A program made the translations under genes and the position numbers. Below are positions 1 through 9,400 of a stretch of DNA of 32,000 nt, one piece after another; within the stretch, counting starts at the first letter, position 1, and every line of letters begins with the position of its first letter. Source of the stretch: Ignicoccus pacificus DSM 13166. Lineage in GTDB: Archaea > Thermoproteota > Thermoprotei_A > Sulfolobales > Ignicoccaceae. The stretch is from positions 1,140,001-1,172,000 of the forward strand of contig CP006868.1 in NCBI GenBank assembly GCA_025340205.1, in the 5' to 3' direction. The notes beneath the pieces were generated by a model that was not told the DNA's origin, ran no database searches, and was given only the letters and a program-made list of their open reading frames with translations.

Positions 1-4
1 GATA

Positions 5-229
5 GTGAGTGTTAGAGACATAGGCTATCTAATACCTGATATAGTCAAGAGGCTAACGAAGTACATAGTGCTAATCAAAGGGGAACTCCCCCAGATCAAG
101 GGAACCGAGCTCATCAGAACGGTAGGCGACTTCGACGCCATAGCGATTGTGGAGGGAGACGAGGAGCTGTTCAAGTTAGTCGATAAGTTGAAGGATAACG
201 AGATAAAGATCTTGGTGGAGAGGCCTTGA
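5..229 (+). CDS. Lrp/AsnC-type ligand-binding (RAM-like) domain protein, possibly continuing upstream of the window
   Basis: 74-aa ORF with 'YIVLIKGELPQIKGTELIRTVGDFDAIAIVEGDEELFKLVDKL', resembling the stand-alone AsnC C-terminal domain; 4-nt overlap with the next gene. Confidence 0.6.
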   Translation: MSVRDIGYLIPDIVKRLTKYIVLIKGELPQIKGTELIRTVGDFDAIAIVEGDEELFKLVDKLKDNEIKILVERP

Positions 230-822
230 GTAAGCTGGTCCCTTGGATAGCGAGCCCGGTTAAGGTGGTCGAGGAGGTAACCAAGCTGGCCCGGATAGGG
301 CCGGGGGACGTGGTTTACGACCTGGGCTCCGGGGATGGGAGGGTAATAGTGCTCACCTCCAAGCTAACCGGAGCTAGGGGAGTCGGAGTTGAGATAGATC
401 CAGCCTTGATAGTGATTTCTGAGGAAAAGGCGAAGGAATACGGGGTTCAAGACAAGGTCAAATTCCTGCAAAAAGACTTCAGAGAGGTAGACTTGAGCGA
501 GGCAACTGTTGTTTACTTGTACATATACTACAATGTAATAAAGGAATATCTATTGGAAAAGCTCGAGAACGAGCTCAAGCCGGGTACTAGAGTGGTCACG
601 CTGGAGATACCGGTGCCCGGCTGGATGCCGGTAGTGAAGAGGGGGGTGCAAGACGAAGCTGGAGTGGTGAGGACCTTGTACTTGTACATCAAGGGAATCT
701 CGGAGCCCAGCGCTTGGAAGAACGATGAAGCCAGCGACGAATGGATGGAGGAGTTCAGGAGAAGGCTCTGGGGGAATGTCAAGAAACCGTCACTGAAGGT
801 TGCAGATGACACAAGTGGTTGA
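226..822 (+). CDS. Class I SAM-dependent methyltransferase
   Basis: TTG-start ORF; motif I 'VVYDLGSGDGRVIVLTSKL' followed by 'GVEIDP'. Confidence 0.8.
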   Translation: MSKLVPWIASPVKVVEEVTKLARIGPGDVVYDLGSGDGRVIVLTSKLTGARGVGVEIDPALIVISEEKAKEYGVQDKVKFLQKDFREVDLSEATVVYLYIYYNVIKEYLLEKLENELKPGTRVVTLEIPVPGWMPVVKRGVQDEAGVVRTLYLYIKGISEPSAWKNDEASDEWMEEFRRRLWGNVKKPSLKVADDTSG

Positions 823-1266
823 GGCTCCCACGAACTTTATCTTAGCTCCGCTATAGGGCTTGTCCGCAAATAAGCAGACCGCTTCCCTACCCCTTAGCAA
901 GTTCTGTTGTCCGGTGTAGACCTTTATTATCGTGTTGGTGGTAGGGGAGAGGATCTGTACCCCTCCTACCGTTCCCCCGGTCGGAGTGTATATTATCACG
1001 TAGATTAGGTAAGGTAAGCTAGTATTCCCGTATATTACCGGCTTGTCCGTGCTGAGGGCGCCGTCCTCATAGAGGGCCTTCGTCATGTTTATGCACGCTT
1101 GATAAGCTAAGGTGTCGTTCTTCAGGAGCTTTACGTCGTAGATGACCACCAGAGGCTGGGGACCCCCCTCTTGGGGAGGCCTCATGGCGGTCATGAGTAC
1201 AGCTATGGCAGCTGCTACTATTCCCATAAGAACCGCTACTTCGAGAGCAGCTAGGCCCCTGTGCAT
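790..1266 (-). CDS. Pilin-like secreted/membrane protein with N-terminal hydrophobic helix
   Basis: The 1413 start in the ORF track is probably too long. Internal ATG at 1266 gives 'MHRGLAALEVAVLMGIVAAAIAVLMTAM', a type-IV-pilin-like N-terminus; overlaps the upstream gene end (1251) by 16 nt. Confidence 0.5.
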   Translation of the reverse strand: MHRGLAALEVAVLMGIVAAAIAVLMTAMRPPQEGGPQPLVVIYDVKLLKNDTLAYQACINMTKALYEDGALSTDKPVIYGNTSLPYLIYVIIYTPTGGTVGGVQILSPTTNTIIKVYTGQQNLLRGREAVCLFADKPYSGAKIKFVGASTTCVICNLQ

Positions 1267-1856
1267 GATCTCACCGCCCAAACCGTCTCGGGTTGATTCG
1301 TCGTGGTGTTTATGTATGATACTTGACCTACGTAACAGAAAGCTATCTTCTCCGCCCCGTTCGGATAGACCACGTGGAGCTCGGCGAAGCCGTTGAAGGT
1401 TGGGTTGGGGCACGGGAGCGCGGGCTGTAAGTTATTCGGTTTGAAGATGTAGACGGTTACGTTGCCTTGTATTGTAGTGGTCAGGTATTGAGGTACGAAC
1501 TTACCTGTTATGACATAGAATATGGGGGCGCCGGAGCATACCATAGGTATTACTACATATGCGCTGTAAGTAGATGTCGGTAAGGTGGAGTAGCAGTACG
1601 TCGCGTTTGAGATCGACGAGTTTACGGTCAGGTCTATGTAAGTGGGGGTATTAGGATCCAAGCCGACTAAGTAATTGTCCATGCAATTAAGCATGGCCAT
1701 TGTGGCTTGGCTGACCGTGCCCATAGCTTCTATCCTCTTCTGGGCACTCACGCTGCTCCTCTGCCATTGGACGGCCATCCACGACAGAGCACCTAGCACC
1801 ACCAAGGCGAGAAGCATGGCGGCGTAGAGCTCGGCGGATCCCCTCAGTTTCTTCAA
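1251..1856 (-). CDS. Pilin-like membrane protein
   Basis: 'MKKLRGSAELYAAMLLALVVLGALSWMAVQWQ' followed by an Asn/Thr-rich extracellular-type domain with several Cys; starts 3 nt after the upstream stop. Confidence 0.5.
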   Translation of the reverse strand: MKKLRGSAELYAAMLLALVVLGALSWMAVQWQRSSVSAQKRIEAMGTVSQATMAMLNCMDNYLVGLDPNTPTYIDLTVNSSISNATYCYSTLPTSTYSAYVVIPMVCSGAPIFYVITGKFVPQYLTTTIQGNVTVYIFKPNNLQPALPCPNPTFNGFAELHVVYPNGAEKIAFCYVGQVSYINTTTNQPETVWAVRSCTGA

Positions 1857-1859
1857 GTC

Positions 1860-3227
1860 TCAGAGCCCTTTCGCGTGGGGCTCAAAGGGGTTAAATTGTT
1901 GGGAAGAGGACTCCACGTCCTCAGGCTTTAAACATTTTTCATTATTCAAACAAGCTATCATCACCTCTACCTCGTACTTCCTCGGAACGATTAGGGCCGC
2001 TTTCCTGAGCGTATTCTTCTTCACTTTCTCATATTCGCTGTCGCTCAGCTCGCTCCACTTGACCTCTACTACCAGAGCCCTCTTCTCCTTCTCGTTAAGA
2101 GCTACTACGTCCAGCTCTTCTCTTCCCTTTATGGCTCTCCCAACCTCGCTGAACCCCAGCTTAGAGTAGTTCTTGACAACCCATTCCCCTACCACTTCCT
2201 CCCAGACCTTGGGCACCAAAACCTCCAAGCACCTCGAGACCTCCTTTAACCCTTCCCCGAAGTTGAGCTCCAGGAGCTCCAAGTTTTCCTCAATGCATGA
2301 GTACCAGAACCTCAGGACGGGATCCGCTACCTCGTAGAGCGACCTCTTGGTAAACAAGACCTTCTCCTTTCTCACATATCCTAAGGTTTCCAGCGTGTTC
2401 AGTATTTTGCTCACGTGACCCTTATCCAAGCCCGTCACTTGGGAGATCTCGGTTATTCTGCGATATCCCTTGGCTAGGGCCGAGAGGACGGAGGAGTAGG
2501 AGCTGGGGTCTCTGAACTCCTCAGAGAGAAGCAAGTCCTTCTCATCTCTAAGGGGTCCTCCGAGGCCTAGGAAGTACTCCAAGGTCTCCTCAAGGCTTCT
2601 CCGAGCCAAGCAGAGGTAATAGGGAATTCCGCCGACCATAGAGTAGAGCTTGAGCCTCTCCTCAGCTTTCCAAGAAGGCATGAACTCCTTCAAGTGCTCG
2701 AAGGACAGAGGTTTGAGGTGAAGCCTCAAGGAGGTCCTCGCATATAGAGGAGATCCCCCTCCTAATACGCCTCTAACGAACACGCTCATGAGGCTGCTGG
2801 TCACAACCAGTATTACGTTTGTCTTTGGAAGAACGAGGTCTACGAACTCTTGCAGTTCGCTTAGAACCCTCGAATCCCCCCGGATCCAGAAGCCGAGCTC
2901 ATCAATTACTATTATTCCGTCTCCCATTCTTAAGGCTATTAGCTCCAAGAGGTCTCTCAAGCTCTCGAACTTAAGCCTAGCCAGCATAGGATCTCCTAGC
3001 TCCTTTGAGGCCTTCCTAGCGAGCTCGTTCAAGTTGGTTTCGTGTGTAGCTAGCTGGGAGTAGTAGTAAACCGCTTTCTTGTTTCCTATCCACTCCCTCA
3101 AGAGCCTAGTCTTCCCAACCCTTCTCCTTCCATACACTACAGCAAAAGAAGGAGGGGAGAGGGAGGAGAGGGCTCTGAGCTCTTCCTCCCTGTCCACGAA
3201 CTTTTGGAAACAAATTCGTTGAAACAA
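1860..3227 (-). CDS. Archaeal ATPase (PF01637-like) with C-terminal DUF234-like nuclease domain
   Basis: 'VDREEELRAL...FAVVYGRRRVGKTRLLREWI' Walker A, 'GIIVIDELGFW' Walker B, HTH 'ITEISQVTGLDKGHVSKILNTLETLGYV', C-terminal 'ELDVVALNEKEKRALVVEVKWS' resembling a PD-(D/E)xK core. Confidence 0.85.
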   Translation of the reverse strand: MFQRICFQKFVDREEELRALSSLSPPSFAVVYGRRRVGKTRLLREWIGNKKAVYYYSQLATHETNLNELARKASKELGDPMLARLKFESLRDLLELIALRMGDGIIVIDELGFWIRGDSRVLSELQEFVDLVLPKTNVILVVTSSLMSVFVRGVLGGGSPLYARTSLRLHLKPLSFEHLKEFMPSWKAEERLKLYSMVGGIPYYLCLARRSLEETLEYFLGLGGPLRDEKDLLLSEEFRDPSSYSSVLSALAKGYRRITEISQVTGLDKGHVSKILNTLETLGYVRKEKVLFTKRSLYEVADPVLRFWYSCIEENLELLELNFGEGLKEVSRCLEVLVPKVWEEVVGEWVVKNYSKLGFSEVGRAIKGREELDVVALNEKEKRALVVEVKWSELSDSEYEKVKKNTLRKAALIVPRKYEVEVMIACLNNEKCLKPEDVESSSQQFNPFEPHAKGL

Positions 3228-3247
3228 GGGTATACTACCCTGGATTC

Positions 3248-3265
3248 GTTGAATCTAGATTCAAC
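3248..3265. promoter_or_regulatory. Perfect 18-bp palindrome upstream of the DUF234 ATPase gene, candidate operator
   Basis: GTTGAATCTAGATTCAAC equals its own reverse complement; lies 21-38 nt upstream of the predicted start at 3227. Confidence 0.45.
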
Positions 3266-3277
3266 TTTAAGTTAGCG

Positions 3278-3664
3278 CTAGGAGAATATGTTCTCAATAA
3301 TAGAAGCAGCCATCTTCATTACATCCATAACCGAGAGGAGCGCATAGGGTTCCTCCTTGTCGTTCAGGACGACTAGGTATAGGCTCTCGTGCTTCTTAAA
3401 TAAGAGTACAGCGTCTTTGATGTCTGCGTCGTGAAGGACTAAGGGAGGCTCTGTGTTGACGTACTCCTCCACAGCCTCGTCCAGCTCTCCCCTAGAAGCG
3501 GCGTCGAGCAGCTCGGTGTACCCGAAGACCCCTAAGAACTCGTCGTCCACGGTCTTTACCAGGAGCGCTAAGGAGTTGCTCTCGTCCATTAGCCTAGCCG
3601 CCTCCCTGACCGGAAGGCCGGGCAGAATCCAGGGAACCTCCCTCGCCAACTCGGAGACCTTCAA
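3278..3664 (-). CDS. CBS-domain-pair protein
   Basis: Two CBS-like halves: 'VREAARLMDESNSLALLVKTVDDEFLGVFGYTELL' and 'DIKDAVLLFKKHESLYLVVLNDKEEPYALLSVMDVMK'. Confidence 0.75.
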   Translation of the reverse strand: MKVSELAREVPWILPGLPVREAARLMDESNSLALLVKTVDDEFLGVFGYTELLDAASRGELDEAVEEYVNTEPPLVLHDADIKDAVLLFKKHESLYLVVLNDKEEPYALLSVMDVMKMAASIIENIFS

Positions 3665-3703
3665 GCAACCTCCCGCCTTCTCACCTATTCAGAGCACTTA
3701 AGC

Positions 3704-4417
3704 TTAGCACTCGTCGCCCATCATCTGATACCCTCTCTTCTCCAGCCTCAGGGAGGGTCCAGCGTAGCCCTCTATCCTGGAGGGGTTGGCTATTACCGAT
3801 AGCTCGTTCATAGCGTTCTTACCGATTAAGGTGACCCCGCTCTCCGCGACGGCCCTTATCGTCGAAAGGAGGGGGTGGTGGAACGCGGCCAACACCTTGA
3901 AGCCTCCGGATGCCAGAGCTTTAGCGGCGTCCCCGCTTATCCTGGCGCTTAGCAACGCCAAGGGGACGTTGCCTCCCGTCGAGGCCATGTAGCCGGCAAG
4001 CTTCAAGGCTAAGGCGTGTCTTGAGACATCCATCATCACTTTCTTCCTGACGTACCTTCCTTCCCACACGTAGGCGGCTCCTAGGTGAACCGCTAAGGGA
4101 CACTTCGACTTGGGAGCTATGGAGTATAGCTCTCTCAAGGCTTTTACTATCTCTTCCCATTCCACCTTGCCGTCCCTCACCCTTAGCTCCAAGGGTCCTA
4201 AGTCCTTCGCTTCAATCAATATTTCATCTCCGACTCTGATAGACCTAACGTCTAACAACTTGCCTTTCAAGGCTCCCAGGCCTATTGCTAAGTACTCCAA
4301 ATCGTTAGGTGAGGAGTAGATCTCGTAGACCTCTTCTCCGATCGCTACCCTTACCTTACTGTCTATAGTAATGGTGTAATCTCCCATTACTAGTGCGTGC
4401 TCTTTTACACACCTCAT
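3704..4417 (-). CDS. fdhD: FdhD-like formate dehydrogenase accessory sulfurtransferase family protein
   Basis: 'SRHALALKLAGY', 'LALLSARISGDAAKAL..GGFKVLAAFHHPLLSTIRAVAESGVTLIG' match FdhD C-terminal motifs; sits in an FDH gene cluster. Confidence 0.75.
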   Translation of the reverse strand: MRCVKEHALVMGDYTITIDSKVRVAIGEEVYEIYSSPNDLEYLAIGLGALKGKLLDVRSIRVGDEILIEAKDLGPLELRVRDGKVEWEEIVKALRELYSIAPKSKCPLAVHLGAAYVWEGRYVRKKVMMDVSRHALALKLAGYMASTGGNVPLALLSARISGDAAKALASGGFKVLAAFHHPLLSTIRAVAESGVTLIGKNAMNELSVIANPSRIEGYAGPSLRLEKRGYQMMGDEC

Positions 4418-4551
4418 TTTTCCACCTTGAACTTCTCCCTTTTCTTCTTCCCCTTCCCTCTACATTTGGAAAGATCTTCATAGAACATCTCTTCCATCGC
4501 AAATAGGTCCTCCGGTTCCTCCACGTTGAAGTTCTCCCACTCGCTCATCAT
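4414..4551 (-). CDS. Small (45 aa) coupled ORF between fdhE-like and fdhD-like genes
   Basis: 'MMSEWENFNVEEPEDLFAMEEMFYEDLSKCRGKGKKKREKFKVEK'; ATG at 4551 overlaps the fdhE TGA (4551-4553) and its end overlaps the fdhD start by 4 nt. Confidence 0.45.
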   Translation of the reverse strand: MMSEWENFNVEEPEDLFAMEEMFYEDLSKCRGKGKKKREKFKVEK

Positions 4552-5048
4552 CAAGCACCCATGTACCTCTTCAGAATCAACCAGTAGGCCTCTCGAGGAA
4601 TCCCGGGGTAGCTCTCCTCCTTCTCGTCCACGACTATCCAGTTGTGGCCACATTTGTCGCAGCCGTAGACCCTAATCCAGGGGGCGAAGAGGTCCCTCTT
4701 GAACCAAGTCTCCTCAGAAGAGCAATAGGGACACTTGACCCTATGGACCCTCCAAGTGGCTCCACACATCGGACACATCAGCCAGAGAGCCCCGTTCGAG
4801 TCCAAGTAGCCAAGGGGAGAGGGGCTTCCACAGACGGGACAGAAGCCGTCCCTAGGAACCTCTAACATATCGGGCCTCCTCTCCTTTACTAGTTTGGCCA
4901 AGACTTGCAAGGTCTTCCTCCTCACTAAGCTTTCATCCAGCTCACTGAACTTGGAAGCGACTTCCTCGAGCAGCTCCTTAACCGCCACGCTCTCTGCAAT
5001 TGGAACGTCGTCGTACCTTAACTTGCTTAGGGCGTCACTTCCTCTCAC
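4551..5048 (-). CDS. fdhE: FdhE-like formate dehydrogenase accessory protein
   Basis: Four CxxC pairs: 'FCPVCGS', 'MCPMCGATW', 'KCPYCSSEE', 'GCDKCGHNWIVVD'; position in the FDH cluster. Confidence 0.8.
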   Translation of the reverse strand: MRGSDALSKLRYDDVPIAESVAVKELLEEVASKFSELDESLVRRKTLQVLAKLVKERRPDMLEVPRDGFCPVCGSPSPLGYLDSNGALWLMCPMCGATWRVHRVKCPYCSSEETWFKRDLFAPWIRVYGCDKCGHNWIVVDEKEESYPGIPREAYWLILKRYMGA

Positions 5049-5718
5049 TCCTCACCACCTCGTAGTATAGCGGATGATGTTCCTTGAGGTACTCCTCAGG
5101 GAGATCTCCGGTCCTAAACATAGCCGTGACCATAGGCCTATGCTCCGGTATGCCTATTGCGGCGTATATGTGAATTACCAATCCTATCATGAAGAGGGCA
5201 GCTCCTAAGGCGTGAAGCTCGTGTGCCACGGTTACTAGCTCCATTGAAGGTTTAAACCACATTATCAATCCAGTCACTATCATTACGGCTATTCCTATTA
5301 TTACGAACCAAGTCCAAGCTATCTGGCCTATGTTATACTTGTCGAACGGAACCCTCTTCTTGTGGACGTAGTAGTCAAGGAGCTTTCTCACTTCCCTTCC
5401 GACGTTCTTTGGCCATATCCTCCACTTCTTCGCCCTAGGCACCTCGGCGAAGAACACCACTGCTGATATCGCAATTAGTACTATCGCGGCCAGTCGGTGC
5501 AACCACCTGGCTACTTCCAGTCCCAAGCTGTTGACGTTTCCCCCTATGAAGAGTGCGACGGGGTAGCCTAGGACGTAGGCTACCCAACCGAATAAGTCCT
5601 TGGAGAAGAAAGGTAGGCCGGTGAAGAGCAAGAGGCCTACCACGTGGATCAAGTGCTTATGGGCCCAGATCTGGACCTCGCTGAACACCCTAACTCTACT
5701 CACCTTTAACACCTCCAT
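5035..5718 (-). CDS. fdhI: Formate dehydrogenase cytochrome b556-type subunit
   Basis: Four hydrophobic helices with His: 'HKHLIHVVGLLLFTGLPFF', 'ARWLHRLAAIVLI', 'KYNIGQIAWTW', 'VAHELHALGAALFMIGLVIHIYAA'. Confidence 0.8.
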   Translation of the reverse strand: MEVLKVSRVRVFSEVQIWAHKHLIHVVGLLLFTGLPFFSKDLFGWVAYVLGYPVALFIGGNVNSLGLEVARWLHRLAAIVLIAISAVVFFAEVPRAKKWRIWPKNVGREVRKLLDYYVHKKRVPFDKYNIGQIAWTWFVIIGIAVMIVTGLIMWFKPSMELVTVAHELHALGAALFMIGLVIHIYAAIGIPEHRPMVTAMFRTGDLPEEYLKEHHPLYYEVVRSERK

Positions 5719-5736
5719 AATTATTTAAAACAAAAT

Positions 5737-6498
5737 TCATTTGGACTCCTCCTTCTTAGCTCTCCAGTAGGCTGCGTGGAGCAAGCTGGCCAAGATAGCT
5801 AGGCCAGCCACTCCCACCCCGAACTCTCTGATCGCCGGGAGAGCGCCTTCCTTGGCCGCCGGAGACTCCGGTAGACCGAAGTACTTCGGATCCGTGAGCT
5901 TGCCCTTGAACTCCTTGGTGGCGTAGAGCCAGTGCGTTCCCCCGACGTTCGGAAGCCTCTCTCCGTAGATCTCGAATCCTTCACTCTTTAGCTTTTGAAT
6001 TACCTCATCCTTCTTCCCGAATACCAATGCTTGGGTCGGACAAGCCTCCACGCAAGCTGGGAGCTTTCCGTCCCTTATCCTGTCTATACACATCGTGCAC
6101 TTGTACACCTTCCCGCTGCCCTCATCATACTTGGGCACGTCGAAGGGACAAGCCTCCACGCAGTACTGGCAACCTATGCACTTCTCCGGCCTTACGTAAA
6201 CCGCCCCTTCCTCGGTCTTGGTCATAGCCCCGGTAGGACAAGCGGAGACGCAAGGGGGATCGTTGCAGTGCATGCACTGTTCCTTTAGCATTATCCACTT
6301 TACCTCTCCATCGAACACTTCCTTGAACTTGATTATGGTGAACGAGTCGGGGGTTAGCGATGGTGGATTGGTGAAGTCCGGAGAGAAGGAGGTCTTCTCC
6401 ACCGGCCTCTGGTTCCATATCTTGCAAGCGGTCTGGCAAGCTCTGCAGCCTATGCACCTATCGGGTATGAACACGCTCGCGTACTCCATTACAACCAC
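5737..6498 (-). CDS. fdhB: Four-[4Fe-4S] ferredoxin-type subunit of formate dehydrogenase with C-terminal TM helix
   Basis: 'CIGCRACQTACKIWNQRP', 'CMHCNDPPCVSACPTGA', 'CIGCQYCVEACPFDVP', 'CTMCIDR...ACVEACPTQAL'; C-terminal 'GVGVAGLAILASLLHAAYW'. Confidence 0.88.
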   Translation of the reverse strand: MVVMEYASVFIPDRCIGCRACQTACKIWNQRPVEKTSFSPDFTNPPSLTPDSFTIIKFKEVFDGEVKWIMLKEQCMHCNDPPCVSACPTGAMTKTEEGAVYVRPEKCIGCQYCVEACPFDVPKYDEGSGKVYKCTMCIDRIRDGKLPACVEACPTQALVFGKKDEVIQKLKSEGFEIYGERLPNVGGTHWLYATKEFKGKLTDPKYFGLPESPAAKEGALPAIREFGVGVAGLAILASLLHAAYWRAKKEESK

Positions 6499-9400
6499 CC
6501 TTCTTCTCTAATATTGGGAAGCTCAGCTTCCCTCTCAAAAACGTACTTGTCCTTTGGAGCCTTCCTAATCCATCCGAGGAAGACCTTGCTTTCCTGTATG
6601 GAAGTGATGATGTCGCCGACTTCCGGAGTAAGCAGGTTGGCCACCGAAGGGGTTCTGTGGGAGCCGGCGTAGCCAAAGGGCCAAGGTATGTTCACGTTGT
6701 AGACGGTCTCTCCGGCTATGTCTAGCTTCGGCATTCTGTGAGTAACCATAGCCCTTACGTAGATCTTCGCCCTAGCGGAGCCTATCTCCACTACGTCCCC
6801 GCTCTTTATGCCTAGTTCCTTCGCCAAGGGCTCCGGTATGTGAGCGAAGGGCTCCGGGACCAGCTCGGCTAGGTAGGGGTTGTTCCTACTCAGAGCCCCA
6901 GTGTGCCAGTGCTCCTCCAGCCTGTTGGTGGTGAGCACTATCGGTTTGGCGTCCTTCGGCATCTGCCTCTCAAGTTCTCCCAAGGTCAGAGCGATCTCAG
7001 CTCCGAGCTGAGGGAGCACCTTGGGAGGGAAGATGAACATCTTGTTGAACGGCTTTCTCCACGCTATCTGTGGATACTTCTTAGCTAGCTCTAAGCTGGG
7101 ACTCTCAGCTGGCTCGAAGTGCATTGGGTAATCCAGCGAGTAGGCGAGCGTAACTCCCTTTCTACCAATAGCGAACCACTCGCCGTACTTCTCGATGAAC
7201 TTCTTGACGCAAGGCCGGTAGTTATTGGGATCGTTCCCTACGCACGACGAGAACTCGCTTATGAAGGAGTCGTGGTATTCCTTCCACTCCTTCCAGTCTA
7301 CGTATTTCACCTTCTTGCCTTCAACTACTTTGGTTCCGACGAAGTACGGCTTCTTGAAGAGAGCCTTGCCCTTCTCTACAACTTCCGGATCGTAGTATAC
7401 GCTCTCTTGGACCGGGTACCTCACTCCCAGCTCTGAGAGCTTGACTACCTTGTAGCCGTTCTTGTTTATCAAAACTGTTATTCCTAAGCTCTTACCCTCT
7501 TTCATCAGCTCAGAGGGATTAGCGACTCCTCCGAAGAGGTCGGTCATTTGCTTTCCGTAAACCGTCCAAGCCCTCTTGTAGAACTTGCCCAAGTAGAAAT
7601 TATGACCAGGAACGAAGGCGGGCCTCAGCGTTCCAGTCTTGGAGTCTACTATCTCCCCGGTCTCTCCCGTTATCCTTACCCTTCTTCCGTCCAGGCTCTC
7701 GCCTACCGCATACTTGCCCTTAGGGAACTCCCAGTAGTCTTCCATACCAAAGGTCTTCTCTAAGGTCCAGAGGTTGTAGAGTATCCTCACGTTCTTGGGC
7801 CAGCTCCACCCCCAGTCCTTGTAGAGTCTCAGCGGAGTGTTGGTGTTGGGGTGCTTTAGCGCTCCCGAGTCGAGGAGGCCGTCGACCTCCTTGACGCTTC
7901 TTGGCTGAGCTACCCTCCTCTTGGCTAAGGGGTACATGTGGGCCCAGTCGTACATTCCGTTATAGAGATCAACTGCTGCGTCTATCTCTCTGTAAACTAT
8001 TCTCGGGTTGACCTCGGAGAAGTCCTCCCACTGGGAGGGGTAGGAGTAGTCCATGTAAGGTTCTATGGGCCTCTCGTACATCACTATCTTCTCCTTTGTA
8101 TAGGGATGTATTACCGTAACCTCCTCCTTGTTCTTTCCGGCCTCCTCGCTTGGGAGTCTGACTATTCCGTCTTGCCTCAGCCTCTCGTAGAGCTTCACCA
8201 TTATCCAAAGATCCGGTTTAGCGTCTCCGGGAGGTAGGGCAACCCTATCGCTCCACTGCAACCATCTGTTGCTGTTGGTTATACTTCCCTCCTTCTCGTA
8301 CTGAATGGCTCCGGGAAGTAATACGTCTGCGAACCAGGCTGTTTCGGTCTCGAAGACGTCTGCCAGCACTACCAGCTTCATCTTAGAGAGCGAGGCCCAA
8401 GTGAGCTTAGCGTTGGGATCGCTTACTGCAGGGTTTTCCGCAAATAGGAGTATTCCCTTGAGCACATCATCGACGAGCGTTCCCTTCACGTACGTTATTT
8501 CGTTGTAGCCTACGAAGAAGGGTAGATCGCTTATCACCTTGGAGTTCTCGTCCCAAGGCCTATCCTCTGGCTCGGTTCCCACGAAGGTTCCCATAGTCAG
8601 CTCGAACCTTCTCCAGTTCATGAACCACCAGGACCAGAGCAAGGCCTTTGAGTTGACCTCCAAGGAGCACTCGTTTCCGTTGCAAGAGCACTTGAGACCT
8701 AAGGCCTTGCAAGCGCTCTGAGAAGGTTTCCAGTTGAAGGCATCGGGAAAGCCTTGGAGCTTCCACTCCTGGTAAGCCCTTATCTGCTTGCTGTTTGAGG
8801 GAATCTTTATGTATCCTGGGAAGACGTGGGCTAAGATGCACATGTCCGTAGTACCTTGAACGTTGTTGTGACCTCTGTAGGGGTTGAGACCTCCTCCGGG
8901 GAAGCCCATGTTGCCTAAGGCAAGCTGAACTATCGCCGCCGCCCTTATGTTTTGTACTCCAGTCGTGTGCTGGGTGAGCCCCATCGCCCACTCGATGCTC
9001 GAGAACCTCTTGAAGTTGGTAGCGACCCCGCTGTTGTTAACGTAGAGCTCAGCGATCTTCTTGAGCTTATCTACGGGAACTCCAGTTATCTTCGAGACCT
9101 CGTTTGCATCGTATCTCTTCACCAATTCCTTAAACTCGTTTATTTCTTCCATATCGACGTTGGTCCTCTTAATATACTCCTTAAAGGCCTCTAACTGATC
9201 TATTTTCTTTTCGTAGAAGGCGTAATGAAGGATGTAGTAGAGAAGAGCTACGTCCGTTCCGGGCCTGTGGAAGGCGAACAGGTTCGCTTTAGCGGCCGTT
9301 CTCCCGAACTTCGGATCCACCACTACCAGCTTTAGAGTACCTCTCTCCTTGGACTCTATCACCGGCTTCATGGAGACGGGGTGGGCGTCGGCGGGGTTTC

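Noticed and set aside
790-1413. Full-length 207-aa reading of the minus-strand ORF from 1413
   Set aside because: The first 49 residues are charged, unnatural and overlap the upstream coding region; the start at 1266 gives a proper pilin-like N-terminus.
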